Positions 57,707 through 64,000 of a stretch of 64,000 nt of DNA are shown here, in pieces. Under the pieces are notes generated by a model. It searched no databases, was not told where the DNA came from, and worked only from the letters and a program-made list of their open reading frames with translations. Each line of letters opens with the position of its first letter. Within the stretch, counting starts at the first letter, position 1. The stretch is from Armatimonadota bacterium (GTDB taxonomy: Bacteria; Armatimonadota; UBA5829; DSUL01): NCBI GenBank assembly GCA_039811685.1, contig JBDHZC010000009.1, positions 64,001-128,000 on the forward strand. The letters are read 5' to 3'. The position numbers were made by a program, and so were the translations under genes.

Positions 57707-59431
57707 TTACCTGTCTTTGTACGCTTGACCGGCTGAGGCGTAGTAGTTACCCAAACCCAGACCCGGTCGAAGGGGGCCTTTTGCCTGCACTGGCGCCCCC
57801 AGATACACAGAGATACCGTCAACGATCGCCCTGGCCACCTGTTTCTGGAAGTCTGCGTCACCCAGGCGCGAAGCGTCTCTGGCGTGGTTGACATAGCCCA
57901 CTTCAACGAGGATAGCCGGAACGCTGGAGTTGCGCAGTACAAAGAGTCCGGTGCGGTACAATTTTGTGTCGGAACGGGCGCCGCGCGCAGGCATGTCCGT
58001 AGCGGCGGTAATCTTGTCGTGCACAATCTGCGCCAGCGCGCGCGAGTTGGGCTCCTGGTTGTGATAGTAAACCTCCGTTCCCGATGTGCTGTTGGCGCGG
58101 GTGTTGGAGTTGGAGTGAATGCTCACAAAAAGCGAAGCGTTGTTCGGCTTGATCTGGTCTGTGCGATATCCCAGTGACACAAAGACGTCGGAGTCGCGCG
58201 TCAGAACCGGATTGAGTCCTCTATTCCGGGCTTCCTCAGCCGTCGCCAGCCCGATCGCAAGATTGATGTCCTTCTCCCGGAGCGCGTTTCCGGTTGCCCC
58301 TGTGTCTTTACCCCCGTGTCCCGGGTCAATGATAACCGTCGTCCCGCGAAGACCCTGCTCGCTTCCGTCAGGTACGCTCATCTCCCACACCAGCTCATTG
58401 GGAGAGGAGCCAGCCTTGATGCGTGAAACCAGAAGACGCCTGGTCTCGGCGACAAGGCGTGATCTTGGAGGTGAGGAAGGGAAGGAGTCCAGGCGCATGC
58501 TCTGCAGCAGTTGTCCTGCCACGTTCCACTGGCGGTCTGCAGAGACCACAACAGCGGGACTGAAATCCAGCCAGAGCTGGCCTTCGCTCAGGCGTTGTCC
58601 GAGCTCCGGAGAAGCCGGGCGATCTGTCGAGATCACGACGCGCACGATGCCATCGGCGGTATCCAGACGCACGTCTTTGATGGTGAGAGGTCCGGTAGGC
58701 GCCGGGTCTGATGAGCCGCCCGTGGAAGCCGTCTTTGGCTCACTTAAGCCGCCCGGGGATCGGATGGTGACAGCGATAGATTCGGAGCGCTGGGGTGAAA
58801 TCGCGCTGAAATCGAGGCGGCCGACGGTTTCCGCAGTAACGCGGGCGGTGGTGGCGCCCGCCTGCCCCACGCGCAGCGCCTTCACATTTGACGACTTGGA
58901 GCGAGTTTCGTTTGACCCCCCCACCAGAACAGTGTTAGGGAAGTCAATGTAGATGCGCTCCGGTGAGCTGAGGCGCTTGACTTCATACCGGACCGGAAGG
59001 CTTGTGGCGACTCTGATCTGTCCGCCTGCATAGCGCACATCCGTAATGCGCGCCAGAAGCGAGAGGCTGTTGGAGCCGCGCACTGCAGAAGCGTTGAGGG
59101 CTTCCGCCAGACCGTACATCGAGACATAGTCCTGCCCGTCCACGGCCTTGCGCGCTACCTTCTTTGAGCCCGGTGTGACCGCAAAGCTGTTTGCGTCAGC
59201 TTTCAAGGTGATTGACAGAGCTCTGGCGGCGTCATCCGCCGGCGCCCACGCATCCGAGCCTTCGAAAAAAGCGGGTGGGTTGCAGGCCATCGGAGCGCCG
59301 GCAACCGTGATGGCGCAGGCCTGTCTGCCTGAGTGCCCGGTTTTGGCGGCTTGTCCAGGGGCTGCAGCATGGGCGCCGGCGCCCGAAAGCAGTAACAGCG
59401 CAGCCGCAACAGCAGGTTTGCAAATCTTCAA
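57707..59431 (-). CDS. N-acetylmuramoyl-L-alanine amidase (AMIN plus Amidase_3)
   Basis: DPGHGG, EKDINL, SIHSN and LVEVGY. Confidence 0.9.
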   Translation of the reverse strand: MKICKPAVAAALLLLSGAGAHAAAPGQAAKTGHSGRQACAITVAGAPMACNPPAFFEGSDAWAPADDAARALSITLKADANSFAVTPGSKKVARKAVDGQDYVSMYGLAEALNASAVRGSNSLSLLARITDVRYAGGQIRVATSLPVRYEVKRLSSPERIYIDFPNTVLVGGSNETRSKSSNVKALRVGQAGATTARVTAETVGRLDFSAISPQRSESIAVTIRSPGGLSEPKTASTGGSSDPAPTGPLTIKDVRLDTADGIVRVVISTDRPASPELGQRLSEGQLWLDFSPAVVVSADRQWNVAGQLLQSMRLDSFPSSPPRSRLVAETRRLLVSRIKAGSSPNELVWEMSVPDGSEQGLRGTTVIIDPGHGGKDTGATGNALREKDINLAIGLATAEEARNRGLNPVLTRDSDVFVSLGYRTDQIKPNNASLFVSIHSNSNTRANSTSGTEVYYHNQEPNSRALAQIVHDKITAATDMPARGARSDTKLYRTGLFVLRNSSVPAILVEVGYVNHARDASRLGDADFQKQVARAIVDGISVYLGAPVQAKGPLRPGLGLGNYYASAGQAYKDR

Positions 59432-59912
59432 GTTATCTCCTCTTCGCGTGCTGGATGAGTGGCAAACGATGAGCTACTGGCTCACTCATATCACCTTGAG
59501 AGAGATCCGGAAGCTACTCTGGAGCTCGACACCGCTCCAGGTAACGCGCGTCCGGGCCTGGCTCGTCATGATGTCCCTTAGAGCATCTGGCCGGGCGCAT
59601 CTCTTTGGGCGGAGGACGCACCGGGACCTGTCTGTGGAAATCTCCAGGACCTTTCGGCCTGACGCCAGGCTAAAGTTGTCCTAAACAATACACCGACTCT
59701 GGCACTATTTGCAAGTCTTTACCAGCCATTTTTGACGAGATAACCCGCTTCAATAGTAACGCGCAAAAGGCAAATCTCCCTGAAACTGCGCCGTTTGCCC
59801 GCTTCTGCGGCGTCGCTTGCGCGTCTTTCCCCTGCTGCACGGCAGGAAACAGCAGGAGCATCTGAGAACACGCCAGCAACACACACCATGTCATGTATTG
59901 TTGGATACACCT

Positions 59913-61349
59913 ATGAAAAACTCCGTTGACCTCATTCCACATCCCACCAGCGTCACTTCTGGCTCTGGACGCCTGAACCTGACCCGGCCGGTGCGCGTCT
60001 TTGCGTCCGAGTCTGAGGCGGTGCGCCCTGCGCTGGCGGCGGTGGAGCGCTGGCTGGGAGGGACGCGGGAGGCAGACCCGGACAGCGCGCAGATTGCGCT
60101 GGAGCTTGCGCCCGGTGAGATGGCGGCGGAGGCCTACACTCTGGAGGTTGGTGACAGAGTAGTTATTCGCGCTTCTGATGAGGCAGGGCTGTTTTACGGC
60201 GTTCAGACTATGCGGCAGTTGGCTGAGGTTCAGGCCAATGGCTGGGTGGCGCCCCGGGGCCGCATAGAGGACAGTCCGGCATGGGGATACAGAGGGTTCA
60301 TGCTGGACGTGGGGCGCAACTTCATGTCTGTGGAGTTTCTCAAACGCCAGATTGACATTGCCGCCTCTTACAAGCTCAATGTCTTTCACTTTCACCTGAC
60401 AGAGTTTCCGGGCTGGCGCTTTGAGACAAAGGCCTTTCCAGACCTCAAATCCGAGCAGTATTACTCACAGGAAGAGATGCGGGAGATTGTGGAGTATGCC
60501 GCCGAGCGGTGTATGACTGTCGTTCCTGAAATTGAGATGCCCGGACATTCGACAGCGTTTCTGAAGATGATGCCGCACCTGAAATGCACAAACAACACCA
60601 TGTGCATGGGGAGCGAGGAGACCTACGCGACCCTGGAGACAATTCTCACTGAGGTGGCCGGCATCTTTCCCGGTCCCTACATCCACATCGGAACGGATGA
60701 ATGCCGCGGTGGGGTGGGCTGTGCCAGGTGTGCTGCCACATGGGAGGCACTGCAGGGCTACGCCCATCATCCGCCCTCTCTGATGGCCTATTTCATTGGC
60801 CGGATAAATGAGGTGGTCAAAGGTCTCGGCCGCACAACCATGGTCTGGAACGATCAGCTTGACGAAGGGCTTCCGGAGGACGTTACTGTTTTTGCGTGGC
60901 GGCACGACTCAAACGCTAATTCGATTGCTCAGCGGGGCTGGAAGACAGTCAACTGCCACTGCCCCGAGTTGTACTTTGACTACGGCAGCCCGGCGCAGTA
61001 CATCCCGATCATCTACAACTGGTCACCGGACAACGGCCAGTCTGCGGGCGCTTCGAACATCCTGGGTGGGGAAGCGGAGGCCTGGCACGACCCGCCCGTG
61101 GACTTCGAAGAGCAGATAGTTGAAGATCTCGGGTTCTATCCTCGACTGTTGACAGTCGCGGAGCGTGTCTGGGCGGGCGCTGCGGGATCGCCGCCATTTG
61201 AAGAGTTTCACGAGCGCCTGCTGGAGCACAAAGCCCGGTTTTTCAGCAGTCTCGCCTTTCCCTATCCCGAAGCGCCTGAAGAGCCCTGGCAGAAACGCTA
61301 CGAAGGCAAGTGGCCGCCCCCGCCTGAAGCGGGTCTGACGATGGAGTAG
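59913..61349 (+). CDS. GH20 beta-N-acetylhexosaminidase
   Basis: RGFMLDVGRNF, PEIEMPGH and HIGTDE. Confidence 0.88.
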   Translation: MKNSVDLIPHPTSVTSGSGRLNLTRPVRVFASESEAVRPALAAVERWLGGTREADPDSAQIALELAPGEMAAEAYTLEVGDRVVIRASDEAGLFYGVQTMRQLAEVQANGWVAPRGRIEDSPAWGYRGFMLDVGRNFMSVEFLKRQIDIAASYKLNVFHFHLTEFPGWRFETKAFPDLKSEQYYSQEEMREIVEYAAERCMTVVPEIEMPGHSTAFLKMMPHLKCTNNTMCMGSEETYATLETILTEVAGIFPGPYIHIGTDECRGGVGCARCAATWEALQGYAHHPPSLMAYFIGRINEVVKGLGRTTMVWNDQLDEGLPEDVTVFAWRHDSNANSIAQRGWKTVNCHCPELYFDYGSPAQYIPIIYNWSPDNGQSAGASNILGGEAEAWHDPPVDFEEQIVEDLGFYPRLLTVAERVWAGAAGSPPFEEFHERLLEHKARFFSSLAFPYPEAPEEPWQKRYEGKWPPPPEAGLTME

Positions 61350-61606
61350 CGTCCGAACTCCACTTTTCCACCAGCAGCCTCACTGCTTTGCGCAGTCCAG
61401 CCTCCTGACCTCACGTGGGACGGGATTGGAGACGCCTGTCTCATTTGTGGCAAAAGTCTATGGTAAGCCCGCGTGTTTTGCCGCGTTGTGCCCCTCTTGT
61501 CAATCTCTCGCTCTGTGCGCCTGCGCAAGCTCCGCGAAAATCAGGCGACAGGTAAACGGGCCGGTTAGCGCAGACCGGCTGGACGTGCGTCGAAGGTGTC
61601 AATGCA

Positions 61607-63091
61607 TTGGCTGGAAAACTGAAAGTCCTGGTAGTGTCCACCGAAGCCGCTCCGCTGGCGAAGGTTAGCAGCGCTGCTGAGGTGGCGGGAAGCCTGCCCA
61701 AAGCGCTGCGAGCTTTCGGAGTGGACGCCCGCATTATGATGCCGGGCTACAGAGTGATTCTCAAGAGCGCTGAGGCTTATTCGCAGGGCGAGGTTCTTCC
61801 TGTTGCGGGCGCAGGCGGCATAGACCACCCGGCGGAGATATGGATTGCGACTGCCAGTGGCGTGCCGGTCTATCTGGTGGCTAATGAGGACTGCTTCGGG
61901 TGTGCCACAGACTCCAGAAGAATCTACCAGAGCGGCCCAGAAGCCTGGATCTTTTTCTGCCGCGCGGTGTTGGAGTGGCTTCAGAAAAACGCGGAGGGTT
62001 GGGTTCCGGACGTCATCCACATCAATGACTGGCACACGTCTCTGTGCGCAGTCTATCTGGCGACCTATCCGGAGAGCTACCGCAAGCTGGCAAAAACGGC
62101 GGTTGTGTGCACTATTCACAACCTGGCTTATCAGGGTGAGTTTGACGACGGCGTTATTCCCTATGCCAACCTGCCCTGGGACGTTTATCACTACGACAGG
62201 CTGGAGTGCTTTGGCCGCGCCAACTTTCTGAAGGGCGGCATTGTCTATTCGGATCTGGTGAATACGGTCAGCCGCACGTACGCTCAGGAGATTCAGACTC
62301 CGGAGTACGGCTGCCGGCTGGACAGGCTGTTGCGCTATAAGGACGCCAACCACCGCCTGTGGGGAATTGTCAGTGGCATCGACTACAAGGACTACAACCC
62401 GCAGACCGATGCGCTCATAGCGAGAACCTTCTCCTCTGGCGATCTTCAGGCGCGTTCAAAGAACAAGGCGAAGCTGCAGCGCTTGTGCGGTCTGAAAGTG
62501 TCCAAAGCGACGCCCATTTTCGGCTTTACCGGAGGCGCCATTCCTCAGAAAGGCATTGACCTCATGGAGAAGATTCTCCCAAAGATGCTGGAAGTGGGCG
62601 CACAGTTTGTCTTTCTCGGGACGGGTGAGCCCGCTTATGAGAAGTCGCTCACGCGCTTTGCAGTTGAAAATCCGGAGCAGGTCTTTGTAAAGGTGGGTTT
62701 TGACGCCGAGTTTGCCCGGCAGATTTACGCCGGTGTGGACTTCTTTCTGATGCCCAGCCGCCTTGAACCGTGCGGACAGGAGCAGATGATCGCGCTGCGC
62801 TACGGCTCTGTTCCGATCGCGCGCTCGACCGGCGGGCTGGCTGATACGGTCAGTGAGTGGATCGGCGAGGCGGGCTGCGGGTTCGTCTTTGGTGACTACA
62901 CTGCCTTCGCCTTCTGGGCTGCTGTGGAACGCGCTCTGGCTGTGTTCAAAGACAAGGCGCAATGGGAAAAACTGGTGAGGGGCGCAATGGAGCAGGACTG
63001 GTCGTGGTCCCGCTCCAGCAAAGCCTACATCCGCTTCTACAAGGAGGCGATTCGCGTCCACGCGGGAGAGCCCGCGCGCTCCCCAGCATGA
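61607..63091 (+). CDS. glgA: Glycogen synthase-like protein (GT5) with degenerate motifs
   Basis: INDWH, TIHNLAYQG, PSRLEPCG and TGGLADTV. Confidence 0.8.
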   Translation: MAGKLKVLVVSTEAAPLAKVSSAAEVAGSLPKALRAFGVDARIMMPGYRVILKSAEAYSQGEVLPVAGAGGIDHPAEIWIATASGVPVYLVANEDCFGCATDSRRIYQSGPEAWIFFCRAVLEWLQKNAEGWVPDVIHINDWHTSLCAVYLATYPESYRKLAKTAVVCTIHNLAYQGEFDDGVIPYANLPWDVYHYDRLECFGRANFLKGGIVYSDLVNTVSRTYAQEIQTPEYGCRLDRLLRYKDANHRLWGIVSGIDYKDYNPQTDALIARTFSSGDLQARSKNKAKLQRLCGLKVSKATPIFGFTGGAIPQKGIDLMEKILPKMLEVGAQFVFLGTGEPAYEKSLTRFAVENPEQVFVKVGFDAEFARQIYAGVDFFLMPSRLEPCGQEQMIALRYGSVPIARSTGGLADTVSEWIGEAGCGFVFGDYTAFAFWAAVERALAVFKDKAQWEKLVRGAMEQDWSWSRSSKAYIRFYKEAIRVHAGEPARSPA

Positions 63092-63164
63092 AGGCAGAAG
63101 TATTTCTGAAAGAGACTGTGGCAGCCGGCTCAGACGAGCCGGCTGCGTTTCCAATTGAGGAGTC

Positions 63165-63998
63165 TTACTTCTTCGCGGGTTTGACCGGTTTGGTGATGGC
63201 CCGAAACGCATCCATCGGCGGCGCTTCGGTAAGTCTCTTACAGAGCCCATCCAGATAGGCGACCGCAACTGTGCCGTCAGCTCCCCATGAAAGCGCCTCC
63301 GGCCCCACCGGCACGCCCGGATTACCTTCGAAGAAGACGATCAGCTCTGAAGGATTTGCTTCTATCTGCTTGAGCTTCAGCCCGGCCACCTTGTAGTTGT
63401 AAACGTATGGCTGGCCGGTCGTCGGGCTCTTGAAAACGTCCTTGTTCTGAACATAGGGCTCCAGCGCCTTCATCCAGGTTTTCGAAGGGGGAGTCAGACC
63501 GTCGTGGTCATCTGTGTACATCCGCACGGCGACTGCCAACTGTTTCAGATTGGAAAGGCTGACAGAGTCCTGCGCAGCCTCCCTGGCTCGCGCAAAGACA
63601 GGGAACAGGATAGCCGCCGTAATCGCCGGCGCAGCCGTAACATACGCTGAAAACAGCGGTGACTGAGGGGCGATGGTGGTCTTTACTCCAAGCTTCAGCG
63701 TCGCTCCGCTCTCTGTGGTTCCCACCGACAGCCCGATGCCTTCCGTTCCTTTCAGCGTGTCCAGAAGCGGTCGCAGAACTGCAAAGTCCCGTCCGACGAG
63801 GCCTTCGTACATGTAGCCGATGGCGCTGATGGCATCGAGTCCGATCCACGCGTCTGCAATCTGAGGCCCACCGACCAGCGTGTTCACTTCCGAGAAGGCC
63901 GCCCGGCTGGCCAGAGAGTTTTCCGGAGTGACGGCCTCGGCTTTCTGCATACTGCGCAGGTCGCTGGCATAGATAACCTTCGAGCCTGTCTGTGCGAT
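63165..63998 (-). CDS. 5'-partial protein with a C-terminal DUF1559/pilin-like domain
   Basis: Internal [14 protein letters not shown]...SNLKQL...YLDG; frame open to the window edge. Confidence 0.7.
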   Translation of the reverse strand: MAQTGSKVIYASDLRSMQKAEAVTPENSLASRAAFSEVNTLVGGPQIADAWIGLDAISAIGYMYEGLVGRDFAVLRPLLDTLKGTEGIGLSVGTTESGATLKLGVKTTIAPQSPLFSAYVTAAPAITAAILFPVFARAREAAQDSVSLSNLKQLAVAVRMYTDDHDGLTPPSKTWMKALEPYVQNKDVFKSPTTGQPYVYNYKVAGLKLKQIEANPSELIVFFEGNPGVPVGPEALSWGADGTVAVAYLDGLCKRLTEAPPMDAFRAITKPVKPAKK

Positions 63999-64000
63999 GT

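Noticed and set aside
54795..59431. GerMN-murI-rph-rdgB cluster as evidence of sporulation
   Set aside because: GerMN domains and this gene neighbourhood also occur in non-sporulating bacteria
59432..59715. c-di-AMP (ydaO) riboswitch before the amidase
   Set aside because: The conserved GCTGAA, GGAACC, GGGGTGAA and CAGCTAAC elements were not found

Overview
GC-rich bacterial chromosome segment, probably Armatimonadota or a related diderm Terrabacteria lineage. This is inferred from the DUF1559/H-X9-DG prepilin-like genes, a secretin alongside Firmicutes-like gene order, and a GAAC-N4-GTTC box. Most of the window is housekeeping or metabolic: moeB, apbE, tRNA-Met, ispDF, hpf, pfp, a ROK kinase, rph/rdgB/murI, an amidase, a GH20 and a glgA-like gene. 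Two regions stand out. (1) 27.05-37.3 kb is a compact head-only phage-like operon: LexA-box promoter, sigma-like activator, TerS, TerL, Mu-like portal, protease, cement, major capsid, SGNH esterase, adaptor and stopper, XhlA-like holin and CHAP-like lysin. It has no tail, integrase, repressor or replication genes, contains host REP repeats, and is interrupted by a toxin-antitoxin-SecB chaperone (TAC) cassette. It is a candidate SOS-inducible GTA-like system. (2) 39.8-54.6 kb is a type IV pilus operon (pilMNO-P-Q, pilB, two pilT, pilC) ending in a SigB/F-type sigma factor fused to a degenerate GGDEF domain. Several long structured 5' leaders are also visible. All product calls come from motif recognition by eye; no searches were run.
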